This document shows positions 9,631 to 18,974 of a stretch of DNA of 64,000 bases, one piece after another; within the stretch, counting starts at the first letter, position 1, and every line of letters starts with the position of its first letter. Under the pieces are notes generated by a model. It saw only the letters and a program-made list of their open reading frames with translations, was not told where the DNA came from and made no database searches. A program made the position numbers and the translations under genes. The DNA is from a virus, in the IMG/VR virus record IMGVR_UViG_3300010354_000076, positions 3,198 through 67,197 of that record; one strand, written 5' to 3'.

Positions 9631-10213
9631 TAAATACCTTCATTTTACTTATATCAGGATAATCATGATTTGACCAATATTTAGGCTCAATATCTTTTAC
9701 TTGATGAAATTTTTTAATTCCTTCAGTAGCAACTTCAGGTGTCATATAATAATGATATCCGATCATATCAACATCTTGTTCTTTCCATAGCACGTCAGGA
9801 AGCCTACCGTCATAACTCATTTTTTTTAATTTTATAGCAGAACTCTTATCATCCGTTAAGATCATTCCTCCGCGACCTAAATTTAAATGTTTACGGAATT
9901 GAAAACTTAAACACATAAATGTACCTGCTTTATATCCATTTTGTTTCCAATATACAGCAGCATCTATAATATTAGTTTTACCTAAATAATAATAACTTTG
10001 CCAATTAGTATCACTCCATTCGAACGGTATACCAAGTTTTATTAGTGTCATTGGAATACTCAAATAAGTATGTGTAGGACACACTGTCGAAGACGGCTTC
10101 GTATATCTTAAACAAAGTTCTATTGCATGTGTACAACAATCTGTTGTTACTGCGTACGGAGCATTAAAATAATCAGCTATTAATTTTTCAAAGTCATTTA
10201 TCGACGACATCAA
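9620..10213 (-). CDS. Minimal DegT/DnrJ/EryC1/StrS PLP-dependent sugar aminotransferase
   Basis: FEKLIADYF...AV..CTHAI.L.L, IDAA, SFQFRKHL..GRGGMI (Schiff-base Lys), GYHYYM. Only 197 aa and lacks the C-terminal small domain. Confidence 0.8.
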   Translation of the reverse strand: MMSSINDFEKLIADYFNAPYAVTTDCCTHAIELCLRYTKPSSTVCPTHTYLSIPMTLIKLGIPFEWSDTNWQSYYYLGKTNIIDAAVYWKQNGYKAGTFMCLSFQFRKHLNLGRGGMILTDDKSSAIKLKKMSYDGRLPDVLWKEQDVDMIGYHYYMTPEVATEGIKKFHQVKDIEPKYWSNHDYPDISKMKVFNVK

Positions 10214-12449
10214 ACTTCCTTTTTATGCTAGTGATAGGAATAACAATATTAGAAAGGTGCATGTCTTGCTTTTCAGGAATGGCTTCCATATTAGACTTAT
10301 TTGATACTTTAACTTCGTAATCTTTGAAGTTACCCCAATTGCCCTTTCCTCTGTATCTAAATTGAAAGGTAAAATCAATTGTATTATTTAAAATATGCTC
10401 TTCTTCTAGCAATTCGCCGAAGTCAGATCCGTCGCGACCTGTTTCAATATCCCACGTAGGCTTTGCTAATTTTCTTGCTCTTTTAGCAGTATTACTCATC
10501 ATTCTACTATAATCTTGAGCAAAGAACGGGCCTTTGCGGCCGACAGGAGGAGGTTCTCTAGTATCATAAGGGTTATCTATTTGATCAAATTTATATTTAA
10601 AATCAGCTGTCCATTCTCCTGCATCATTAATTTTAAATTTAAACACAGCATTATACATACCAGGACCGTATTGACTTCCAAATTCTCTTAGATCAATGTC
10701 AGGATTAAATAATACTTCTGCTTCATATCCGCCCCTAGTTCTCCATAACATTCTAAAGAAAGGCCACATTTCGTTTACAAGAGTATCGGCAAAAGGATTA
10801 ATATTTGCTTTGATTATTTCATAATCAAATTTTTCATATTCAATTTCTTTTATTGTAGTTGGATTATCTAATTTTATTTTATAATGTTCTTTAGCTAAAC
10901 TAAATCTTATAGGGTAACCAAAAGGAATTTCAGTACAGCCAGTCATGAAATCAAGAAACATATGAAAAGTTTTTACTCGTGTCATTACATGAGTGCCACC
11001 TTTCTTAAAATCTCTAGTAATCCAATGATTTTGATACTTATGCCAACTGATATTAAATTTATGTGGATTTTGTCCTACAATTGTTTCAGGGCCTAGTCCA
11101 TACCCTACACCAGCACCAACATTATTAATATTCATATTACGCATACGCCATAAGAATGTCATACTGTCAGCAAAGTCTTGTAATGTTTCGGTAGGAAACC
11201 CTACTATCCAATTAGTAGCAGCAAAAATACCAACTTTTTTACCATCTATAAAATTTTGTTCCATCTCTGCGATAGTAACACCCTTGGCCATATCATCTAG
11301 TACATGTTGGCTACCACTTTCAATGCCGTAATTTAACATGATACAGCCGCCAGCTTTTAAGTCTTTAAAATACTCTAGATCCATGCGGCCATCACATCTT
11401 GAGTATCCTGTCCAATTAATTTTTAGACCCTTTGCTTCAACTGCTTTACAAAATGCTCGAAGTTCTTTTAAATTACCGTTAACTAGACTATCAATAAACC
11501 AAACAACGTCTGTTCCCTTGTTATAGTACAGCCATTCAAGTTCGGTAACTAAATCCACCGCTTGTCGTTGTCGATATTTCCAAAAATGTGTTTCTTCGCA
11601 GAATGTACATTTGGCTGTACATCCTCTACTAATTTCAGTATTAACTCCGTTTGGTAAATCATATAAACTAAAATCAATACTCTCGTAATCTGGCATTGGG
11701 AGGCCATTAATGTTTACTCTCTCGTCTTCGGGTTGCGACAGAATTACAGTTTCCGTATGTTCGTTTCCATTTTCAATATCTTCTAGGAGCCTTAATAAAT
11801 TTACTTCTCCTTCACCAACAACAACATAGTCATAATAAGTCTGTATGTTAAACCAACTTTTGTGTGCATTAGGTCCGCCTACTGCAATTTTAATATGCGG
11901 AGCACGGCGTTTTAATTCTTGGCACATCCATTTTGTTGGCTCTTCAGAAATATAGTACATTGAAAATCCTACTACATGAGGATTTAACTCTATAATATCA
12001 TCTATAGCTTTAGTTAACAACGGTTCAAGTACTGGATGAATGTCTTTTAAGTAAGTGTCGCCTAACCAGTGCCAGCTGGCAGCAGGGTCCCATAATCTAA
12101 AAGGTAATTTTTTATTAGGAATCCAATCTTCTTGGTGCTGTCTGTATGCCTTAACATTTAAATCCATGATATGTGTTTCATACCCGGCACTCTTAGCTAC
12201 TCCACTTAATCTAGCTAAACTAAATGGAGGCATATAAGGACTCCATTCGGGACACAATGCCAGCACTAATTTTGTATTTCTTGTTTTATAATCTACATAG
12301 ACTGGTGTTAAGTTTTTTTGTACAGTTGCTTTGGCATATGGCGCAATGGCTCTCATCATAGATAAATGACGTGCATCTGCCAGATCCTCAGGAGGCTTTT
12401 CAGGCAAAACAACTTCTTTTTTAGCCAATCCCTTTAAATTAAAATCCAA
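10194..12449 (-). CDS. Cobalamin (B12)-dependent radical SAM enzyme (class B methyltransferase-like)
   Basis: B12-binding domain (PPFSLARL, VVGFS, AVGGP, VVGEGE), SRGCTAKCTFC (CxxxCxxC), GIESGS, IVGFPTET. TTG start preceded by GGAGA SD. Confidence 0.88.
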   Translation of the reverse strand: MDFNLKGLAKKEVVLPEKPPEDLADARHLSMMRAIAPYAKATVQKNLTPVYVDYKTRNTKLVLALCPEWSPYMPPFSLARLSGVAKSAGYETHIMDLNVKAYRQHQEDWIPNKKLPFRLWDPAASWHWLGDTYLKDIHPVLEPLLTKAIDDIIELNPHVVGFSMYYISEEPTKWMCQELKRRAPHIKIAVGGPNAHKSWFNIQTYYDYVVVGEGEVNLLRLLEDIENGNEHTETVILSQPEDERVNINGLPMPDYESIDFSLYDLPNGVNTEISRGCTAKCTFCEETHFWKYRQRQAVDLVTELEWLYYNKGTDVVWFIDSLVNGNLKELRAFCKAVEAKGLKINWTGYSRCDGRMDLEYFKDLKAGGCIMLNYGIESGSQHVLDDMAKGVTIAEMEQNFIDGKKVGIFAATNWIVGFPTETLQDFADSMTFLWRMRNMNINNVGAGVGYGLGPETIVGQNPHKFNISWHKYQNHWITRDFKKGGTHVMTRVKTFHMFLDFMTGCTEIPFGYPIRFSLAKEHYKIKLDNPTTIKEIEYEKFDYEIIKANINPFADTLVNEMWPFFRMLWRTRGGYEAEVLFNPDIDLREFGSQYGPGMYNAVFKFKINDAGEWTADFKYKFDQIDNPYDTREPPPVGRKGPFFAQDYSRMMSNTAKRARKLAKPTWDIETGRDGSDFGELLEEEHILNNTIDFTFQFRYRGKGNWGNFKDYEVKVSNKSNMEAIPEKQDMHLSNIVIPITSIKRKFDVVDK

Positions 12450-12468
12450 AATTATTCTCCTAACAAAA

Positions 12469-12474
12469 TATTTA
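12469..12474 (-). promoter_or_regulatory. Candidate late promoter (TAAATA)
   Basis: TAAATA lies 20 nt upstream of the B12-rSAM start in a short intergenic gap. Same spacing as at structural genes. The hexamer is common in AT-rich DNA. Confidence 0.4.
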
Positions 12475-12478
12475 ACTT

Positions 12479-13486
12479 TTATTTAATAATCCCAGAATTT
12501 TTATTCATTAGAATCTTAAAATTATGATTAACTATGTCAATTATACCATGTTGCCATTCTGACCATTCTTTAGGAGAGAATGAACATAATCTTTCTACTT
12601 CTTTCCAAACTTCGTTAAATCTCTTATTATCATCTTCAATACTATCATATGATTCATTGATAAAAGGACTAAATGTTTTATAACCCAAATCTTCTAAATA
12701 TTTAAGGCTATGGGTAGGAGCAACTAATATAAAAGGATGCTTGTGAATAATTGGCCTAAAAGTTTTTTCAGTTAAAAATATAGACTCACCTGCTTCTATA
12801 TAGTCTTTATAAAATAAAGTTTCAGTTATTAAACTAAAATAAGAATCTGAATGATATATAAAATCGCCTTGACGGACATCAACTGGATTTTGACGCTCGT
12901 CTGACATATTTAACATTAAGGGGAATATATCTTTATGTTGCTTAAAAGTATCAACGAGTTGTTTATCTCGAAAAGTTTGATTTATAATATCATGCCCGTA
13001 TTGGAATGAAGAATAAGTTTTTTCTAGGAATCCGCTTTTTAATATATTATAGAATATATTAATCCTATGCTCTCTTGGCATCTTGTTAAAACAACAAAAT
13101 AATTTTGACTTTGGTGTTGGAGAATATTCAACATAACTAGAATTAGTAATTGAATTATAATATTCTAGATTTCCCTTCTGATGAACTTCAAATAGATTTG
13201 AACATTTAACTGTTAATATAGGGTTTATTTTATTCTTCTTACAGTAAGATTCATAAACATCTTGTCCGTTATACGCAGAGCAAAGATAGTAATATTCAAT
13301 GTTAGGATTATCAAGTAATCGAATTATTTTGTGTATTTTTCTTATTATATCAAAATAGACTGCTTCATTTATATTATCAAAAATTACTTTTTTGTATCCT
13401 TTTGATATTTCTTGTTTGATATTGTTGACCATATTTACTGTGTCTAACATACAGAAATGCTGGCCACCATAGGTGCCAGCATACAC
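12479..13486 (-). CDS. Putative GT-B glycosyltransferase (GT10-like motif); start uncertain
   Basis: FCCFNKMPREHR and YFSLITETLF...FLTEKTFRPI..KHPFI...GYKTF. GTG start, but the frame stays open upstream to 13606. Confidence 0.45.
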   Translation of the reverse strand: MYAGTYGGQHFCMLDTVNMVNNIKQEISKGYKKVIFDNINEAVYFDIIRKIHKIIRLLDNPNIEYYYLCSAYNGQDVYESYCKKNKINPILTVKCSNLFEVHQKGNLEYYNSITNSSYVEYSPTPKSKLFCCFNKMPREHRINIFYNILKSGFLEKTYSSFQYGHDIINQTFRDKQLVDTFKQHKDIFPLMLNMSDERQNPVDVRQGDFIYHSDSYFSLITETLFYKDYIEAGESIFLTEKTFRPIIHKHPFILVAPTHSLKYLEDLGYKTFSPFINESYDSIEDDNKRFNEVWKEVERLCSFSPKEWSEWQHGIIDIVNHNFKILMNKNSGIIK

Positions 13487-13566
13487 ATGAATATACTCGT
13501 CATCTAAATTTGGAACATAATTTCTAGCAACAAATTTACATCCGTAAATTTGATCACTAGTTAGTT

Positions 13567-14763
13567 CTAAATTTTTTTTTTGCGAGTATCGCCGTATCGA
13601 ACTATTTCATAAGTTTCGCCGGGCGCTATATCCTCAATTTTTCTCCACGGATCAATAATGGTACATCCAGATGGTAGTGCTGGCTTTACCCATTCATCCC
13701 AATATCCTATTAGATATACATCTGTCCAATCTTTTCTAATGTCAAGGTCATTTGTATTTGGATCATAGTAATGTACGTTTCCGCCTAATTCAGTAATATA
13801 ATGTCCAACTAACAAACTCGGACTACCGATTGTATATGGAACTCCTGGCTTGTAGGCCTTGCCAAGGATTGTTACATTCTTTCCATATTCAAGGCACTTT
13901 TTTGCCATTCTCTTAGCTTGTAGCTCTCTAGCTTTCATTATAGAATCAAAAAGATCATAACCTAAATCAAGTCGATCTGCTAGATATCTTAATGCAATAT
14001 TATCTCTAGGATGGCATGCTCCACCGTCACCAAGGCCAGCATTCATATAAGCAGGACCCATGATTCGATATGTACTTCGCTTAAGAGCATTTGTTACAAC
14101 ATCAACATTAATATTACCGTTAATTTCAGCAACATCTTGAATCATGTTGACTAAAGCAAGTTTAGTACTAATAAACGTATTATAAAAAATCTTGATAGAC
14201 TCTGCTTCATCCCAAGTTCCAACTTCATAACGAGGATTATTTTTCATAAATGGCTTATAAAAATTAATAAGCTCGTCGGCATCTCCTGTGATGCTACCAT
14301 CTTCTGTTCCAATAATAACCATCTCAGGATTAACCATGTCCCATTTTACTGTACCCATAGCAATTAAATATGGATTGTATATAAAACGAGCATTTGTAAT
14401 AAGAGGTTCAAGATGTGCCCGAACTGTGCCTGGAAGAACTGTACTAATCAATACTACTAATTGACGTTTATTGACATGCTTATTAACTTCTGTTAAAATT
14501 CCTTTAACAATAGTGTAGTCAAAGTCTTTATTTGGTAAGTGACTAGTTGGTGTTTCTCCACCGTAAACTGGATCGTGAGGAGTAGGAGCCGCAATGAAGA
14601 TTATGTCTCTATTATTAACTGCTTCTCCAATTGAGGCAGCCATTTTAAAATTAGCAGGATTTCGTGGTTCAACATCGTACCCAACAACATCGTAATGTTC
14701 TGCCATAACCTCGGCACAATCTTGTCCAAGTTTTCCTACACCTATCATCGCAACTTTTTTCAT
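13567..14763 (-). CDS. ugd: UDP-glucose/GDP-mannose 6-dehydrogenase
   Basis: MIGVGKLG Rossmann motif, IAAPTP, ISTVLPGT, YNP, AESIK..YN, GDGGACHPRD (catalytic Cys), LGKAYKP. Confidence 0.9.
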   Translation of the reverse strand: MKKVAMIGVGKLGQDCAEVMAEHYDVVGYDVEPRNPANFKMAASIGEAVNNRDIIFIAAPTPHDPVYGGETPTSHLPNKDFDYTIVKGILTEVNKHVNKRQLVVLISTVLPGTVRAHLEPLITNARFIYNPYLIAMGTVKWDMVNPEMVIIGTEDGSITGDADELINFYKPFMKNNPRYEVGTWDEAESIKIFYNTFISTKLALVNMIQDVAEINGNINVDVVTNALKRSTYRIMGPAYMNAGLGDGGACHPRDNIALRYLADRLDLGYDLFDSIMKARELQAKRMAKKCLEYGKNVTILGKAYKPGVPYTIGSPSLLVGHYITELGGNVHYYDPNTNDLDIRKDWTDVYLIGYWDEWVKPALPSGCTIIDPWRKIEDIAPGETYEIVRYGDTRKKKI

Positions 14764-14784
14764 ATTCTGTCCTATGTAAATTTT

Positions 14785-14790
14785 TATTTA
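14785..14790 (-). promoter_or_regulatory. Candidate late promoter (TAAATA)
   Basis: TAAATA lies 22 nt upstream of the ugd ATG, followed by an AGGA SD. Confidence 0.35.
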
Positions 14791-14800
14791 ATATTTTTCA

Positions 14801-15607
14801 TTACCACCATTTCGAAAAATGGCCATCGCCGTGTTCGTTTGTATTAAACAAAGATAATATTTCATCTCTTGTTTTAGTACGATGTAACATACTAGTGGCT
14901 TCTTTAGCATACTTTTCAGATTTTTCTGTTAGATTAAACCCCAATTTTTCCAAATAACAACGATATCTCCACGGATTGGGATGATAATCGCCCACTTCGT
15001 TTTTGTTCCATATGTATACATGTCCGTTGTCCCATGTACCCTTCATTTCTAAATCAAATAGGCATTGAGGAGTTTGATTAATAGTTTCTTTAAAAGAATC
15101 AAGAATATCTTTTATGTCTGTTTCATCTTTCTTAGAATAATCAAAATCTTCATGTTGTTGATACCAATAAGGTGTTGAAGCTAGTGTTACAACTGTACAT
15201 GGCAAAGATTTTAGATAAGATGTGGCTAAAGTAATTAAACTTAAATCTCTAATTAAATAACCTTTAGGATCAGCGAACTTTTTTACCCATTTTTCATCAT
15301 ATTCTTGTTGAGTAAAAATATTCCCAGGAGTATGCCAATAGTTATTGTAATAACGATCTTCTCGACAAAATGTCGACCACATTACAACAACTAAATCATC
15401 TTTATTAAAATTAAATTTTAAATTAGCCTCTAATGCCCTACTAGAAATAAAAAGATTTCCTGCTCCGGATTTTCCGCAATTATAAAATTCAGCGTTTGGC
15501 ATTTCTTTAGCAAGTATATCTGCCCATGTAGGCCAACAATATCCAGTAAAACTACAACCAAAAGCAAAAAATCTTTTATATTTAGAAAAATCAATATCTT
15601 GAATCAT
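14801..15607 (-). CDS. SGNH/GDSL-like hydrolase or acyltransferase
   Basis: FAFGCSFT...TWAD, N.GKSGAGN..I, VVVMWS...RED, and C-terminal DYHP (DxHP). Confidence 0.6.
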   Translation of the reverse strand: MIQDIDFSKYKRFFAFGCSFTGYCWPTWADILAKEMPNAEFYNCGKSGAGNLFISSRALEANLKFNFNKDDLVVVMWSTFCREDRYYNNYWHTPGNIFTQQEYDEKWVKKFADPKGYLIRDLSLITLATSYLKSLPCTVVTLASTPYWYQQHEDFDYSKKDETDIKDILDSFKETINQTPQCLFDLEMKGTWDNGHVYIWNKNEVGDYHPNPWRYRCYLEKLGFNLTEKSEKYAKEATSMLHRTKTRDEILSLFNTNEHGDGHFSKWW

Positions 15608-16751
15608 TTGTTATTTCCCTTACAAAATTTGTTTTACTCATTAACACTTGATAGTTATAATTACATATTGTTCTTGCTTTTTCTAAAAATGTTTCTAATT
15701 TATTATCAGACAAATAACACAACCGTTTTGTTTCTTCTAACACCATCATCATACGAGTAACATCATCATTTTCATTATCATAAGATTCATCTATAATATT
15801 TTCAAAAGTTTTATATCCTAAATCTTTTAATAAAGAAAGTGTTTTAGGTCTACTAATAACAATAAAGGGATGCTTATGAGCTATTGGTTTAAAAATTTTT
15901 TCTGTTAAAAATACTGCAGGTTCTTCAGAATAAAAGAAATTAGTTTCGGACACTACACTGAAATAAGTATCACGATATAACTGCTCAGTTGATAACAATA
16001 AATTAGCTCGGTTAATAGTTAAATCTTTTTGATCTAAATATAATTCTGGTATAGAAAATATTTTATCTTTATTGTCAAGCAACTTTTGTAACAGCGATAA
16101 ATGATGACTATGTGTATGTAGCATAGAATTCCACACAGATTCCCAGTCTCTCGAATCGTCAGATTTTGCTAAACTTACATAACCGAGATCTAAAATGTTT
16201 TCTAAAAATAAATGTGCTACAAAACAAGGACGCTGAGTTCTCCAACGCCTATTAAAATTTAAAAACTTCTTAACATATTTTTTATTTTCAAGCGTTATAA
16301 ATTCTCGTTTACTATTTAATTTAAGGTGAGTAATATCATCTTTAGCCATTCGTTCAAACATGAATACATTAAAACACTTCAATATCTTTTTCTTATATTT
16401 TTTAGCTACGTTCGGTATTACTTGTTTAAGGGTTGGAGATTCTGTATAAATGTGAACAAATTCTTCCGGTATTCCTAGATCAATTACAGCATGTTTGTAT
16501 ATGGGATCAACTACATTAATAGATGCTTCGTGAGAATTATATAAACTTAAAATTAACTTTCCTTGTTTAATATCATCTAATATAGTTTCTGTTAAAACTT
16601 CAGGCAAGTGTTTAAGGGACTTGTCATTTCCGTATTCAACCCAATAGTAGTTATAATCTTTAAACTCGCTCATTTGAAAAATTGTATTTTGAGCTCTTTG
16701 TTCAATACCTTCATTATGTAAGTAAGGTATTACTCTATTAATTATTGGCAT
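15591..16751 (-). CDS. Putative GT-B glycosyltransferase (GT10-like motif)
   Basis: FLNFNRRWRTQR and YFSVVSETNF...FLTEKIFKPI.HKHPFI...GYKTF..IIDESYD. Third paralog of the family. Confidence 0.45.
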   Translation of the reverse strand: MPIINRVIPYLHNEGIEQRAQNTIFQMSEFKDYNYYWVEYGNDKSLKHLPEVLTETILDDIKQGKLILSLYNSHEASINVVDPIYKHAVIDLGIPEEFVHIYTESPTLKQVIPNVAKKYKKKILKCFNVFMFERMAKDDITHLKLNSKREFITLENKKYVKKFLNFNRRWRTQRPCFVAHLFLENILDLGYVSLAKSDDSRDWESVWNSMLHTHSHHLSLLQKLLDNKDKIFSIPELYLDQKDLTINRANLLLSTEQLYRDTYFSVVSETNFFYSEEPAVFLTEKIFKPIAHKHPFIVISRPKTLSLLKDLGYKTFENIIDESYDNENDDVTRMMMVLEETKRLCYLSDNKLETFLEKARTICNYNYQVLMSKTNFVREITNDSRY

Positions 16752-17717
16752 TTAGACCCTTTCAAATTTAGGAATAATAATGTCTGTTCCGCAATGACAA
16801 TGTTCCTTACCACAAATAATTTGTTTAGGGCCTACTTTAGAAATATCATTTAAAATATGACCAACTCTATCACCTTGCCCGCAACTGGCTAAACTTACTT
16901 CTCCGGTAGGATTTATAAAAATACAATCTCCAACACTACATATCCATCCTTTAAAAAAGTTTTGTCCGTTTACGATGATTTCATTGCTATTGGTGGGAGA
17001 TTTTGAGCCATCATCATATTTGTTCCAGCTTACTGCCTTGCTTTCTTTATAAGGCTTAGGAATAGTGAAATTCATTTCAACATTATGTTCGTTTATAAAT
17101 TTCATTTTTTCTTCATCTTTATATTTCCAAGGGCCGGCGTTAACACTCATTTCATCAAATAACGGAGTCCATTCTATAAAATAGTTAGGCATTACAGTTT
17201 TAAGATGATTGCCATATTCTACAATTTCCCAAAATCTTTCTTCGTGCATCAACATTTTGGTACAAAGATAATTTACTTTGTCGCAAAGAAAGATATTATT
17301 TTCTTTGTATTTTTCTTTGTCGGCAAATTCAACATGAAAGCTAGCTACTACATCATCAAACAATTGATAATGTTTTTCCCACCATGCTAACGGACGACTT
17401 AAATTTGTATTAACAGCTAAAGTACAATTTGGTAATTTTTCTCGTAGCCATTCACAAATAGGAATAAAATTTTTCCAAGCAGTCGGCTCTCCTCCGCTAA
17501 AGAAAAATTTATAATGTTTGTATCCAACATTCTTGTATCTAGTAATAATGGTATCTAAATTTTTAAGATAAACATCTAGATTATCATCATTCCTGTGACT
17601 CCCTCCCCAATTACCAGGATTACAGTAACTACATTTGTAATTACAAAAATTATTAACCTGCCAGGTTACTGCTAGATAGGGTTCCGGAGCATATATTGAA
17701 ATTAACTTTTTGCCCAT
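16752..17717 (-). CDS. Radical SAM protein with C-terminal twitch/SPASM-like Cys motif
   Basis: CNYKCSYC, FSGGEPT, VNTNL, SFH, and C-terminal C..G...I...G.V....C...C...CHC. Confidence 0.88.
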   Translation of the reverse strand: MGKKLISIYAPEPYLAVTWQVNNFCNYKCSYCNPGNWGGSHRNDDNLDVYLKNLDTIITRYKNVGYKHYKFFFSGGEPTAWKNFIPICEWLREKLPNCTLAVNTNLSRPLAWWEKHYQLFDDVVASFHVEFADKEKYKENNIFLCDKVNYLCTKMLMHEERFWEIVEYGNHLKTVMPNYFIEWTPLFDEMSVNAGPWKYKDEEKMKFINEHNVEMNFTIPKPYKESKAVSWNKYDDGSKSPTNSNEIIVNGQNFFKGWICSVGDCIFINPTGEVSLASCGQGDRVGHILNDISKVGPKQIICGKEHCHCGTDIIIPKFERV

Positions 17718-18973
17718 CGATAAACCTCTTTTAATTCGGGAGCAACATCAATAATTTTTTCATTTCGTAAATTATCAAGCTCATCATTAAACTTGATAAA
17801 CTCTTGAATTCCTCCTTTGTTAGGCTCCCCACTTTTTAAATTTTGCTGAACCATTTTAAAACCATCACTAATAGATTTATTATATGAATATTTGTGAATA
17901 TACTCTCTATATAATCTTGTTAATTTTTCTTTACTAAATTCAGGCAAAATCATTATATTAGCATACCACGGGCTAGTAGCAAGATTAAATCTAGGTGCTG
18001 TGTTTTTATCTATTAATTCATTGTCAATGAGATAATCAAAAAACTTAGGAAACTGATAAACATTCCAAATACTAATTGTAGGAGTAATTTGAAATCTAGC
18101 ATGTGGTACTAATTCTTTAATATCTCTTAGATTCTTTTCTATTCTATCCCAGTCAGTACCTTTACGAATAAGTTCAGCATGTTTTCCCATACCATCTAAA
18201 CTTGCCCATATAATTAACTTGGGAAATTTTTTCCAATACTCAATTAAATCTTTATCTTTGTATTTCAAACTACTGAAATTAGTAGTATACGTTAATTCAA
18301 TAGTTTCATTTACGCCAGTCTCGATCCAATAATCAAGGCATTCGTAATGTTCAGGAGTAATAATAACTTCACCGCCGGCAAAATAAACCTCCACTACATC
18401 CTTTAAATACGGTTTTAATTTGGTCATAAAGACTTGATCTTCATTGTTTGATACTACCATTTTAGTCATATTAAAATGTTTGTTCAATACATCAACACCC
18501 TTATGATCTATAAACTCTTGTGCCCACTGGCTTGAACAACTAGGTCCGCAACTTCGACATTTCATATTACATAAATTGCTAAACCGCATGTCCATATATC
18601 GAAGTTTAAACTCTTTTAAACTACCATCTTCATTGGTAACTTCTTTGACATATTCTGGAGTAACTCCGTTTCGACTTGGGCAATTAGCATTATGACTATT
18701 ACGCATTGTAGTCGTTCCTAATGCTTCTAAATCGTAACAACGTTGACAAGTGCTAACAGGCTCATCGTTTAAAAATGCCAATCTCATTTGTTTGAATTTT
18801 TCACTATTCATCATTTCTAAAATAGATTCATCTTCGTTAATATGAGAATAAACATCGTTGCTATTAGCAATACAACAAGGTAGTACTCTTTTATCAGGCC
18901 AAGCATGAAAGTGCATCCACGGAAGAATACAAAAGTGTTTTCCGTTTTTAATTAAATTGCCAACATCCTTCAT
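17702..18973 (-). CDS. N-terminal twitch-domain radical SAM protein
   Basis: N-terminal CILPW.H...PCC...C.RC, then CNMKCRSC, YFAGGE, YTTN, SLDG. Confidence 0.88.
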   Translation of the reverse strand: MKDVGNLIKNGKHFCILPWMHFHAWPDKRVLPCCIANSNDVYSHINEDESILEMMNSEKFKQMRLAFLNDEPVSTCQRCYDLEALGTTTMRNSHNANCPSRNGVTPEYVKEVTNEDGSLKEFKLRYMDMRFSNLCNMKCRSCGPSCSSQWAQEFIDHKGVDVLNKHFNMTKMVVSNNEDQVFMTKLKPYLKDVVEVYFAGGEVIITPEHYECLDYWIETGVNETIELTYTTNFSSLKYKDKDLIEYWKKFPKLIIWASLDGMGKHAELIRKGTDWDRIEKNLRDIKELVPHARFQITPTISIWNVYQFPKFFDYLIDNELIDKNTAPRFNLATSPWYANIMILPEFSKEKLTRLYREYIHKYSYNKSISDGFKMVQQNLKSGEPNKGGIQEFIKFNDELDNLRNEKIIDVAPELKEVYRWAKS

Positions 18974-18974
18974 T

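Noticed and set aside
16752-17717. Viperin-like or MoaA assignment
   Set aside because: Only generic rSAM motifs are shared, and the C-terminal Cys cluster and context do not support a specific call.
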